DNA of 64,000 bases from Octopus sinensis (Eukaryota), in assembly GCF_006345805.1 (NCBI RefSeq), contig NC_043010.1, positions 26,164,001 through 26,228,000 of the forward strand, written 5' to 3'. The notes beneath the pieces are model-generated. The model did no database searches, had not been told where the DNA came from, and was given only the letters and a program-made list of their open reading frames with translations. Both the position numbers and the translations under genes were made by a program. Positions 24,191 to 36,130 of the stretch are shown here, piece by piece; positions within the stretch are counted from its first letter, which is position 1, and every line of letters begins with the position of its first letter.

Positions 24191-24749
24191 CCCTTTTCAT
24201 ACCAACCCATCTGAGACAATCCTTGGTCCTATAACACAAACTTTCTGTTTTAAAGTGAACTGAGTTAAAACTCTCCATCAAATTTTCATGCTAATTTATG
24301 TATCAAACATCAATTTAATGATGACAAAGTTATTTTACAGAATTCTTCATTATTTTCAATATTAATTAAATGGACAAGAATATTTGAACAAATATGGTAA
24401 CGAAAGTGATCTGAATCAAAACTTTCCATCCAAAATTCATGTTAATTTATGCTCCAAATGCCAGCTTAATAATGGCTTCAAACTGTGCCACAAGGGCAGC
24501 AAATTTGGGGAGGAGGTTAAGTCAATTACTCCGATCCCAGTGTTCAACTGGTACTTATTTTATTGACCCCAAAAGGATGAAAGGCAAAGTTGACCTCAGT
24601 GGAATTTGAACTGCTAAGTATTTCACTCGGTGTGCTAACGAGTCTGTCAGCTTAATAATGGCAACGTTTTTTTACTAAATTCTTCATTATTTCCAAAATT
24701 AATTGAAACAAAGGCAGAGTATTTCAACAGAAATATGATAACGAGAAGA
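24191..24749. mobile_element. piggyBac-like non-autonomous element interrupted by a SINE
   Basis: TTAA|CCCTTTT left end (24187-24197), with a degenerate right end followed by TTAA (24750-24753). The internal SINE 24477-24647 is flanked by a 15-bp direct repeat CAGCTTAATAATGGC. Confidence 0.5.
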
Positions 24750-24777
24750 TTAAGCTTATTGTAAAGAGTACACTTAC

Positions 24778-24840
24778 TCAAGTTGATCGAGGACACACAC
24801 CAAATCTTCTCCAAGTGTCTGCATAGATGGGAATGTATAG
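24778..24840 (-). CDS. NDRG: NDRG-family protein exon (YTFPSMQTLGEDLVCVLDQL-D)
   Basis: Minus strand reads ttactttcag|CTATAC...CTTGA|gtaagt. 63 nt. Corresponds to the NDRG YxYPSMDQLAE-like helix. Confidence 0.95.
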   Translation of the reverse strand, partial: LYIPIYADTWRRFGVCPRST

Positions 24841-26154
24841 CTGAAAGTAAATATAAATGGATGAATAAATGAGAACAAGATCATTTGTTGTGAACTCAGT
24901 CAAACATTTTAACACAGGAAATAACTACAGGTTTTATTTTATTTAAATAAACCAAGCAGTTGTCCACTATCCGAAACATCTGTAGTTATGTTTCATCAAA
25001 ATTCATCTGACCAATGCAAGCATGGAAAAGGGGACATATGACGAGGATGACGACAGGTTAAAGAAAGAGCCACCAATTTAGACTTATTTAGACTCACTGA
25101 TTCAGGGGTAGGTGTCTCAAAGTCCCTTGAACTCAAGGGACTTGAGTTCAAGTGTGTTGTAAACACACATTGAAAATAAAACAGCAATTAGCATATTCAC
25201 ATTCAAATCTGCTGAAACATATTAAGAATAATATGCCATTTTTTCAATTCTTGCTGTTCTCCATGACCATGACATTTATTACCAGTTTGACAGACATCAG
25301 CACACAGAAAATATATCCGTTTGCTGAATTCTATTGTAGCAATAGCCATTTTAGCCATTTTGAAATGTGGCGCGAATTGGCAATATGACGTAATGTCTTT
25401 GCCGAAGAAATATCATTTTCGTTTTTTTCCATTGGTTAATATAACTGCTCATATAAAGATTCTAGAAGTTTCGTAAAGAATATCTGTCATGAATTTCGAT
25501 TCTTTTTGAGTCAAGTGAGCAGTTATAAAAACCCTGGATTTTGGAAGATATTTCAGTGTTCGTTGGTAGTCATTCAAATCCATGTCACTCACTCTTTTGG
25601 AGACATCGGTAAATTTTTATGCCATGTCTACGTTAATCACAAATCTATTTTGATTTGTTGGTTAACGTATTAGGTAGAAAGAAGAAATTAGCTAAGGAAT
25701 TTAAAGTCGTTTTTCTTCATGACGAAAGTATCTTTCTTATTGTAAATAAATATAACATTTTATATTTATATAATAAAAATAATTAAAAAGAAATGTTTCT
25801 CTTCACGTTTGTTTTTCAACTGAGCATAGATAAATATGCATTTCTGTAATCTTTGATTTATGTTTCTTATAGCGGTTTAAAGGACACGATTAAAATATTC
25901 AACATACATGGTCGTTGATGTAGCGTTCCATGCATATATGTCTATATGACGTTATAACTGCAGTTAGGGTTTTAGATATGATGATAACACTTGAGTATAA
26001 GTGATGTTGAATCATTATATTTCCCCTTACTCAGAGGAAAGCCTAAATAAATAATATAACTTAAGAGAAAGCTTAAGGTAGAATAAACCGACAACTGCCA
26101 TACTATAAACAAGAACCACTACTCTAATTTTGATTCTTTCACTGATCTGGAGTA

Positions 26155-26203
26155 ACTTTGACTGAAGAGATGCAACCAGGTCAAAACACCAGTGTCTTAG
26201 AGT
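26155..26203 (+). ncRNA. Decayed type I hammerhead (G12 to A)
   Basis: ACTTTGA-CTGAAGA-GA...TC-AAAA-CAC-CA-GTG-TC-TTAGAGT. 7-bp stem I (2 G.U), 4-bp stem III, GTC triplet. Confidence 0.5.
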
Positions 26204-26432
26204 CCTCTACCCAAATAAAAACAGGTTATATGAAAGGAGGAATTGCTGTCTGAAAATAAAACACAACAGTGATTTGCACATTCACACTCAAATCTGCCTA
26301 AACATGAAAATTGAATACGTGTGTCATGGCTTTAATTCACGCTGTTTTCTGTGCACGCAATGAAGTATTAATGGAAATAGGTGTTAAACAAAAAGAGAAA
26401 ATGAGAACTGAACATAAGCCATTGCTACTCAC

Positions 26433-26550
26433 TTTGAAGGAAGATCAGGAGCCCCATCTTCCTGGCCTGGAACATCAACATGAATAAAAACAGCACGCTT
26501 ACGGATTTGTTCCATGCAAGGCTGGTCAACAAAATGTTTCCATGTAGTAT
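26433..26550 (-). CDS. NDRG: NDRG-family protein exon (H-TTWKHFVDQPCMEQIRKRAVFIHVDVPGQEDGAPDLPS-N)
   Basis: Minus strand reads ttcatttctag|ATACT...TCAAA|gtgagt. 118 nt with correct phases. HVDVPGQEDGAPDLP is the NDRG HVDAPGQEEGA-type motif. Confidence 0.95.
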
Positions 26551-26670
26551 CTAGAAATGAAATGAAATAATAACAACAGCAGCAGCAGCAGCAACAACAA
26601 CAACAACAACAGCAGCAGCAGCAACATCATCAACAACAACAACAACAACAACGCTAATAATAATAATAAT

Positions 26671-27195
26671 GCCCTGATGCAGTACCAGGCAGTGACTCTC
26701 ATGGTTTCTGATCTTAACTGATTGGAAATGTTGATATGTACATGTTTTGTCTTGGTATAAAAAGATGGGTGACAGCAAACACTCTGCTCAATACCACAGA
26801 TATGCTTGTTAGTTACTTGACCATAACCAGATGAGCATGTCCCTTAATGCTTGATGATATGTGCATCCCTAATCACAAGTAGAAGTAATGGGGAACATCA
26901 TAGCCATATGTAGAGGGAAATTCTTTGGGGTTTGAATAATTTACTGCTGGAAACATGGATGTTTCATTCATCATCCTTAAAGTACCCTTTTTCAGGGACC
27001 TTTTGGGCTGGATGAGCTGAAGAAACTTTTAAATGGGCCCCACCAACATGGCCATGTGTTGTTTATCTTGATATGAGTCACCATGTTGTGCACATATTTG
27101 TGATGCATATGTCTCGTTAGTCATGATGAATATATTGGGCCTAGAATATTTGTACCCTAGCATCACATTGATGACATGTGAGGTTCTCTCACTCA
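26671..27195 (+). mobile_element. ~530-bp interspersed repeat 'family E' with (TAA)n on both sides
   Basis: gccctgatgcagtaccaggcagtg...ctctctcactcaa(taa)n. Other copies at 29486-30022, 48158-49717 (split), 53748-54199, and on the minus strand 5240-5444 and 58755-58917. Confidence 0.9.
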
Positions 27196-27509
27196 ATAAT
27201 AATCCTTTCTACTAAAGGCACAAGGCCTGAAATTTGGGAGGAGGGGACTAGTCGATTATATTAACCCCAGTGTTTCACTGGTACTTTATTTATTGACCCC
27301 GAAAGCATGAGAGGCAAAGTCAACCTTGGCAGAATCAGAAATCAAAACAAAAGGATGGATAAAATTCTGCTAAGCATTTTGCCTGATATGCCAATGATAA
27401 TAACTGACTGGTACTTTATTTTATCGGCCCCCAAAAGGATGAAAATAAATGTTGGCCTCAGCAGGATTTGAACTCAGAATATAAAGAGCCTGAAGAAATG
27501 CCACTAAAC

Positions 27510-28037
27510 CAGGGGTGAGAAAGCCCCTGCCCATGGGCGGAATTCTGCCCATGAGCCCATTTTATTGCACCCGCAGGCTGGTATATTCGTATGTACAAAA
27601 TATACTCAATTTTTCAATCATAAAATTTATACAATACTCGTGTGCCTCTTTGCGACATAGGTCACGTTTCCACTACGACTTAAAATGGTTAGCCTCGAAC
27701 AGAAAATCATCCGATAATTGCCATTTGAATGGAAATTTTGTTTTCACTATAAAACACATATTGCTAGGTTTGTACCACCCCCTTGAAACCCAACTACACT
27801 CTAGCTGAAAAATATAGAATACCCCATAATATGAACATCCTAAATTCAGTGGTGGCGTTAATGAAGATGTTACACATTAATTTAATATGTTAAACTTATC
27901 TTTGTTAATGTATGTCAAATTATACATAGATATATATACAAGATTTATACAGATATAAGAGTTAGAACATGTGATCCGCCCGCGGACCTTTCTTTGGAAA
28001 TTTTTGCCCACCACACTAAACTGTTTCCCCACCCCTG
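27510..28037. mobile_element. hAT-type MITE (528 bp) with perfect 8-bp TSD
   Basis: TIRs CAGGGGTGAGAAA / TTTCCCCACCCCTG. TSD CACTAAAC at 27502-27509 and 28038-28045. Inserted into a SINE. Confidence 0.92.
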
Positions 28038-28441
28038 CACTAAACACATTAAGGATTTTGTTGACTTGCTGTTTTTATAGTAATAAGGCAAGAAGGGGAG
28101 GGAAAGTTGATTACATCAGCCCCAGTATTCAACTGATACTTCTTTAATCGACCTTAAAAGGATGAAAGGCAAAGCCTACCTCAGCAGAATTTGAACCCAG
28201 AATGTAAAAAAAGCCATAAGAAATGCCACTAAGCAATTTGTTCAACTTCTTAACCACACTTCTGCCTAATAATATCAATTAGTAAATTTACTAAATTAGA
28301 AAGTAGCTTTTTTTTTTTTTGAATACTGGGTTAAACCCCTTGGACGGAAAAAAGTGGTTTGCTGCTCATGGAACTTGAACCCACTTCTTCTGTGAATGTG
28401 ACAGATATGTGTCATTTCTCTCATAGTTTCTAAATCTTTAT

Positions 28442-28632
28442 AAGGCGGCAAGCGGGCGAAATGCTTAGCGGTATTTCGTCTATCTTTACATTCTGAGTTC
28501 AAATTCCGCCGAAGTCGACATTGCCTTTTACCCTTTCAGGGTTGACAAATTAAGTACCAGTTGTGTGCTAGCGGCGATCTAATCGACTAGATCCCTCACC
28601 CAAAGTTTCAGGCCTTGTGCCTAGAGTAGAAA
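28442..28632 (+). mobile_element. SINE 'family C' copy with 17-bp TSD and no simple-repeat tail
   Basis: aaggcggcaagc...gagttcaaattccgcc...cctagagtagaa flanked by AGTTTCTAAATCTTTAT at 28425-28441 and 28633-28649. Confidence 0.9.
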
Positions 28633-29049
28633 AGTTTCTAAATCTTTATAATAATGTAAATTACAATGTTGTCATAAACTAGAAACCTAAAAAGCAAAAG
28701 GAAATTCCTGAAATGTTAGTCTCTTTTATTTATTTATTTAAAAAAATTTTTTGTTTTTTTTCTTTTGCAGTCTTTTCTATATGCAAAAGAAAAAAAAAAA
28801 AAAGAAACGAGTAGAACTTCGGAGGTTTCTGTCCTTACTCAACTGATAGCAGCAAGTGTCTAACAGATAACCGTATCAAGTAGTTTAAGAGAAACACTTT
28901 CGGAATAAACTGAAGCCTCTCAACAAGTTTGTGTGTGAGAGACATTATTCTAATACAACAACAGCAGCAGCAGCATCGACAACGATGATGATAACAACGA
29001 TTTCAATTACATGCCATCAGGGCAACAAATGAGGAGAATGACACAAAAA

Positions 29050-29061
29050 ATGATGATGATG

Positions 29062-29093
<32 letters not shown>

Positions 29094-29225
29094 GATGATG
29101 ATGATGAAGAGGAGGAGGAGAAGAGAAGAAGAAGAAGAAGAAGAAGAAGAAGAAGAAGAAGAAGAAGAAGAAGAAGAAGAAGAAGAACAACAACAACAAC
29201 AACAACAACAACAGCAACAACAACA
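29050..29225. repeat. Compound trinucleotide microsatellite (GAT)n(GAG)n(GAA)n(CAA)n
   Basis: Read directly from the sequence. It produces the poly-M/E/Q ORF-track artefacts. Confidence 0.97.
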
Positions 29226-30253
29226 ATTGTTTCTGCTATAGGAACAAGGCCTGAAATTTTTGCAGGAGGGGGCAAGTCGATTACATCGACCCCAGTGTTT
29301 CACTGAAACTTAATTTATCGACCCCGAAAGGATGAAAGGCAAAGTCAAACTCAGCTGAATTTGAACTTGAGAACATAAAACCAGAAAAAATGCTTGGCAG
29401 CATTTTATCCAGTGTACTAATGACTCTGACGGCTTGCACCTTAACAATAACAATAACAACAACAACAACAACAATAATAATAATACCCTGATGCAGTACC
29501 AGGCAGTGGCTCTAATGGCTTCTCATCTTAACTGATTGGAAGTGTTATCATGTACATTGTTTTGTCTCGATATAAAAGACTACAGCAAATATTCTACTTA
29601 ATACTACAGATTAGCTTGTCAGTTGTTTGACCGTAACCAGTTGAGCATGTCCCTTAGTGGCTGACGATATGTGCATCTCTGATCACAAGCAGAAGTAGTG
29701 GGGGAGCATTATAGCCATATGTCGAGAGGGATTCTTTGGGGTTTGGATAATTCATCTCTGGAAACATGGGTATTTCATTCAACATCTTTAAACAAACCTT
29801 ATTCAGGGACTTTTTTGAGCAGAATAGGCTACTCAACCTCAAGAAAATTCTGAGCCCCACATGCAAGGTCATGAACTGTTTGTCTTGATATGAAATCACC
29901 ATATGGTTGTGATGCATGTGTCTGGTGTACCCTTATCAGATGGGTGGTCATAATGGGTACATTGGGCTTCGTATATTTATACCCTTGTGTCACTTTGATG
30001 GTATGCACTGCTCTGTCACTCAATAATAATATTAATAACCCTTTCTACTATAGGCACAAGGCCTGAAGTTTTCAAGGAGGGGACTAGTCAATTACATTGA
30101 CCCACAGAAATTCACTGGTACTTAATTTATTGACCCCGAAAGGATGAAAGGCAAAGTCAACCTCGGCGGAACTTGAACTCAGAATGTAGCGATGGGTGAA
30201 ATATCACAAAACATTTTGCCCAGCATGCTAATGACTCTGCCAGTTCGCTGCCT

Positions 30254-30338
<85 letters not shown>

Positions 30339-30554
30339 TATCTTTTCTACTCTAGGCACAAGGCCTGAAATTTTTGGGGAGTGGGGACAGTCGATTAGAT
30401 TGACCTCAGTATGCAACTGGAACTTAAATTATCGACCCCGAAAGGATGAAAGGCAAAGTTGACGTTGGCGGAATTTGAACTCAGAACGTAAAGGTAGATG
30501 AAATACCGCTAAACATGTCACCCAGCGTGCTAACGTTTCTGCCAGCTCACTGCC

Positions 30555-30598
<44 letters not shown>

Positions 30599-31594
30599 TA
30601 TGATGACAATGATTTCAGCAAAATACCAGCAATTTTGAGGAGAGAGATTTAGTCAATTACATCAATCTTGGTACTTGACTAGTATTTTAGTTTATTGAGT
30701 GGAGGAGGGGGAGGGGGACAACGACAATGACAACAACAAACAACAGCAGCAGCAATGACAAAGCTGCCACAAAGCAAAAACGAAAATGAATGAAAAACTA
30801 AAACATAAAAGAATGTTATTGGTGTTGTCGATAGCAGTGGTGTTATGTTGATGCAGTGGTTGTTGCTATTATTGTTGTTGTTGTTGCTGGAGGTGGTGAT
30901 ACTGATGTACTTGTGACGGCGATGTTAATATCCTTGTTGTCAATGGTAGTGGTAGATGTGGTGATGGTAATGACGTGCTTGATGGTGGTAGAGGTGGTGG
31001 TGGTGGTGGTGATGATGTTGATGTGCTTGTTGTTGTTGTTAGTCTTGTTGATGACAACTGTTTATTTGATAAAGAGGAAGTCCTATTTGTCAGTGCTTCC
31101 CTGTAATTTTCCAAAGAAAACATTAAAAAAATTACAACAACAACAACGACAGCTGACAAGACAAAACTCTCATTAGGATATCATCATTCAAAGAACACTT
31201 CTTTGCTAAATAATCTTTATTTTCTTCCTTTCTTTTTTCGCTTTCCTTATCTGTTATTTCTTCTTCATTAATGTGGGTGGGTGGGGATGGCATATGATGG
31301 TTATTATTGCTGTTGTTCATTGTTTACATTTTGTTTTGCCTGCCCCTGTTTCCACAAATTTGATATTTTTATACATACATACATACATATATCACAAACT
31401 TTCATACAAGAACATGGACTAAAATGAGCTTAAGAAAATATGAAATTACAACAATTTCAATGTTATGATTAGTGAAAGCGAAACCGGTCGACAACCACAA
31501 TACTCTTTCATATAAAATATATTAAAACTATGTAAACTATGTGCACTTTCCTGCTTTTATTATATATTTATTATATATATGTTACTGCTTTATG

Positions 31595-31885
31595 TATTTG
31601 CTAACTAAATGTGGCAGTCCATAGAGAATGATGATACTGTTGTTTTTAGCCCCAGGAAAACATCTCCTCTAGCTGGCTAGTGACACACTGTCGACGAGTA
31701 ACTACCCAGAAACTCGGGTCTGTATGAATCACATAAGGCTAGAGATGGGAGCGATGACCTCCCCTCGCAAATACTAATTGGACACAGACAGTATGTCATT
31801 AGCCAGTTGGAAGAGATGTCTTCCTGGGGCTAAAATCAACAGTAACATTGTCCTTTATGGTACCGCTACATTTAGTTGGCAAATA
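31595..31885. mobile_element. MITE-like element with ~98-bp imperfect terminal inverted repeats
   Basis: 31595-31692 pairs imperfectly with 31787-31885. Shares the TTTAGCCCCAGG motif with the 17768 palindrome. Confidence 0.7.
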
Positions 31886-32619
31886 TATTTTACGATTCCA
31901 TACTGTTACTATTTACCTCTCACTCAGAGAGGTTTAATATAGCCTATATATATATGTATATATATTTATGCATATACAACCAGCAAACGGTGAGAATCCA
32001 ACACCACATTGGTTGATATATCGTTTAGTTTGTGGATTCAAGCTACCTTTGGTTTCATGCATTACAATTCACAATTTTCAAGTGTTTTGCTTAAAACATT
32101 TGCATGAAACCTAGGGTAGTAGCAGAGCATTTGTCTACATTTGTGTCAATGTGTTGGCATATTAAAATGTACTCATTTCATAATTCTAAGACATACACAA
32201 CAATAAAATTAGCCACTTGTTGTTTAACCCCAGGCCAGCCCTAAATGAGGCTCACCTGTAATGAAAGTTATTCCAACAATTACCCTTCCATTGTTTCTCT
32301 GCTTCCAAATAGTGTACTTGGATGTAGGTCATCCGAAGAATCCTTCCTTGTTTTAAAACAGTAGGAAAGTAAGAAGGATAACAAGAAGAGAGGCGACATA
32401 AAAATAGTAGGGCTGGGTGCTCTTGCTGACACCCACTCAAATTTGTCTGCTGCAGATGACCTTTCACGGATACAGTGTTCTTTTGGCAAACCATAAGGGG
32501 TTTGAACCTGTGAACTATGTGCCAGAAAATACATTCAGCTGAACCCACGAAGCCTAGACCTAATTAACCACTAAACTATCTCTTTAAAAGCAAGTTCAAA
32601 TGAGACACAAAAACTCATA

Positions 32620-32658
<39 letters not shown>

Positions 32659-33501
32659 AAGGCATTCACTTCCCTGGGTCCCTTTCTGAATGTTTGTAAT
32701 TTGATTTTGTTATATTTATTGTTTATTTTGTTGTTTTCAGAAATTTAAGATTTTGACATGTTTTGGCATTGTTTTGTTTTTATTATTTATTTTCATTTTC
32801 CTTTATTAAAATCCTACAATTGTGTCGTTGTTGTAATTATAAGGGTAAAATTAACAATTAGCAGCAACTCTTTAAGCTCATAGTATTGATTGCTTAATTA
32901 GGAAACTTAAATGGTTCAGTTAAGTAGTTGCTAATTAAAATAATTAAATCTTTGTATCAATATTACATTTGTTTTTTGTCTTTACGGCCTGTTTATTTTA
33001 TTTTTTTCCATTTTTTTTGTTAAGTTTGAAAAGTAGAGAGAAGAAAAAGGAGACTGGAAAAGAGGAGATAGATGGAGCAGGAAAGACAAGATTTGTCGGA
33101 TGTGCCAATTAAATGAGAAAAGAAAGAAACAAGTGACAACGTAAGACAGAAGAAAACACAAACTCAATAAAATGATGGACCATTAATGAGAGGAAGTTGT
33201 CATTATCTTCAGCATTTAACATGAGTACACACACACACATACTTTTCCTTGCATGCATGGGTTGTTTGGAATTTGTTGCAGCAGATTTGTTACACCCAGA
33301 TGCCCTTCCTATCACCAACCGTCAACTGTTTCCAAGGTAACAAAAAACACTATTTATATGATGGTGACGCTCATTTTACAATTGCCATTTGATGTCAAGA
33401 CAGAAACAAATACACACACTCGCATACATGTGTGTGTGTATACATACACACACACACACATCTATGCATGTATGTATATGTGTGTGTGTCTGTGTGTATG
33501 T

Positions 33502-34295
33502 GTGGTACCAGTGCCGGTGGCACACAAGAAAACCATCCGAACGTGGCCGTAGCCAGTACCGCACCGACTGGCCTCCGTGCTGTGGGCACGTAACAAACAC
33601 CATCCGATCGTGGCCGTTCGCCAGCCTCATCTGGCACCTGTGTCGGTGGCACATAAAAACACCATCCGAAGACCCGGCAAGACTAGTCAGGCCATAACCT
33701 GTGGCCCCTACCTGGGACGTAGTCAGTCCACCTGTGCATACCTTCCTTCTTGTGACACTTGTGAAGACCTGTTGAGGCAAGTGAAAATCAAAACAAATCA
33801 AAATAGATGAACATCAATGGAATTTGTATCTTTGTGGTACCAGTGCCGGTGGCACGTGGCACACAAGAAAACCATCCGAACGTGGCCGTAGACAGTACCG
33901 CATCGACTGGCCTCCGTGCTGTGGGCACGTAACAAACACCATCCGATCGTGGCCGTTTGCCAGCCTCATCTGGCACCTGTGTCGGTGGCACATACAAACA
34001 CCATCCGATCGTGGCCGTTTTCCAGCCTCGTCTGGCACCTGTGTCGGTGGCACATAAAAAACACCATCCGAGCGTGGCCGTTTGCCAGCCTTGTCTGGCA
34101 CCTGTGTTGGTGGCACATAAAATCACCCACTACACTCTCGGAGTGGTTGGCGTTAGGAAGGGCATCCAGCTGTAGAAACACTGCCAGATCTGACTGGACT
34201 GGTGCAGCTTTCGGGCTCCCCAGACCCCAGTTGAACCGTCCAACCCATGCTAGCATGGAAAGCGGACGTTAAATGATGATGATGATGATGATGAT
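33502..34295 (+). mobile_element. 'Family D' repeat with (GAT)n tail and internal ~61-bp tandem units
   Basis: Repeated GGTGGCACRTAAAAA(G)CACCATCCGA..GTGGCCG units lead into gtggttggcgttaggaagggcatccagctgtagaa...aacccatgctagcatggaaagcggacgttaaa(tga)n. Shorter copies at ~12640-12895, 18430-18596, 20200-20517, 20700-20900, 41985-42156, 52055-52268 (+) and 2320-2490, 9320-9470, 34310-34520, 35380-35600 (-). Confidence 0.88.
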
Positions 34296-34745
34296 ATATA
34301 TATATATATCATCATCATCATTATCACCATCATCTTTTAATGCCCACTTTCCATGCTGGCATGGGTTGGACAGTCTGACTGAAAACTGGTAAGCCGGGGA
34401 GCTGCACCAGGTTCTGATCTGATTCAGCAGGGCTTCTATGGCTGGATGCCCTTCCTAATGCCAACCACTCCATGAGGGTAGTGGGTGCTTTTTACATGCC
34501 ACCAACACAGGTGTCATTGAAAAACGCATTCACTATCTTTGATAACTGTTTCAACAGCAAATACATAGTATTCTATGGTTGAAACAAGAACAGTAAGAAA
34601 GAAAATAAAACAGTAATACATTAGCTACATGATGACATTATTATTATCTGCATACCTTCTCCAGAACCCCTACAATGGTCATGCAAAATATGGGAGGTTT
34701 TTTTGCCACACTCTGTTTTATAGAACAAAGTTACTCAATCCATAT

Positions 34746-35025
34746 CAGTGATTCCCAACTATTTTTAGCTTATGGCTCCCTTTGGTCCCTATTTTACTCA
34801 GGTGGACCCACATAGCCATTTGATGTTTTAAAAATATCCTGTTATACTTTTTTTATAATTAAGTATTATTAGGAATTGTATAAAACAAATTGTTAAAATA
34901 TCTTATGTGTTGTAGAGTTATGCCTAATTTATTGAAGATAAATTTAAACAAGGAAATCTTATATGGACCCCCAAAGGGTCATATGCGGCCCCAAGGGTCA
35001 TATGGACCCAGGTTAAGAACCACTG
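34746..35025. mobile_element. hAT-like MITE (280 bp)
   Basis: TIRs CAGTGATTCCCAAC / GTTAAGAACCACTG. The TSD is only partially retained (atccatat vs atctacaa). Confidence 0.7.
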
Positions 35026-35675
35026 ATCTACAAGGTTAAAGTATTCAACTAGGAGCCCTGAAGTCTGGTCAAGGTACTACAAATACCTTTTCCAGTTTCA
35101 GAAAAAAAAGACCCCTACCACCAACATACGAGACAAAGAGAAGGGAAAAAAGAAAACAAATTAAAGCAATTGAGTTATAAATTTTTTCCGTCGTCGTTTC
35201 AATGTTAAACATTTTAACTCTTTCATGCAGGAATTCAAAGAGTAAGAGTTACCTCCCTTGAACTATAAATTCTGTGAAATTTGTTTTCTGTTTTGAAACT
35301 TATTCGATATTTTGTCAAAGTGTTCATTGTTTGTTTATTCAGGTGGAACGTCAGCCAAAATGGACAGATTTGTCGTCAATCATCATCATCATCATTTAAC
35401 GTCTGATGACCATGCTGGCATGGGTTGGACAGTTTGACCAGGGATGGCCCGCTGGAAGGCTGCGCCAGACTCCAGTCTGATTTGACATGGTTTTCTACAG
35501 CTGGATGCCCTTCCTAATGCCAACCACTCCAAGAGTGTAATGGGTGCTTTTACGTGCCACCAGCACGGATGCCATTTGTGTGACACTGGCACCTGCCATG
35601 ACAGCGATTTTGCTTGGCTTGATGGGTCTTCTTCTCAAGCACGACATAATACCAAAGGTCTTGGTCACTGCCTCC

Positions 35676-35980
35676 ATGAAGCCCAACACTCAAAAGGAAC
35701 TCAGCCATTTTGCCCCTGTGAGGCCCAACGATCAAAAAGAAAACAACCACTTTGCCTCCATAAGGCACAACACTTAAAAAGAACTCAGCCACTTTGACTC
35801 CGTGAGGCGTAATGCTTGTAAGCAATGCAGCCACTTCACCTCCATGAGACCCAACACTCAAAAGGAACTTAGCAGAACTTAGTCACTTTGCCTCCATGAG
35901 GCCCAACATTTGAAAGGAACTCGGCCACTTTGATTCTGTGAGGCACAACACTTGAAAGGAACTTGGCCACTTTGCAAAAG
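35676..35980. repeat. Seven-copy 42-bp minisatellite
   Basis: Unit is approximately RTGAGGCCCAACACTCAAAAGGAACTCAGCCACTTTGCCTCC, contiguous with a minus-strand family D copy. A related reverse-strand copy lies at ~18260-18345. Confidence 0.9.
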
Positions 35981-36130
35981 GCAATATGTAGGTAATAAGA
36001 GAGCAGACAGTGAAAGTTTGAAAATAGATGTACAAAACTATCATATTACTGGCAGGTGCCCCAACATGGCCATAGCTCTGAAGTTGAAACAACTAAAGGA
36101 GTAAAAGCATAGCACAGTTTGCCAGAATTC

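Noticed and set aside
25260-26000. CpG-richer block with a 12-bp inverted repeat (tataactgctca / tgagcagttata)
   Set aside because: Probably an old DNA-transposon fragment, but no termini, TSD or coding remnant could be defined.
31132-31320. 62-aa minus ORF MNNSNNNHHMPSPPTHINEEEITDK...
   Set aside because: Low-complexity sequence with no domain match I recognise and no convincing splice sites linking it to the NDRG frame.
33502-34125. Repeat-spacer appearance of the ~61-bp units
   Set aside because: The intervening parts are themselves homologous and the array is internal to a multicopy retroelement.
35676-35980. Possible CRISPR-like array or 14-aa repeat protein
   Set aside because: The units are contiguous diverged tandem copies with no unique spacers, the context is eukaryotic with no cas genes, and the frame contains stops.
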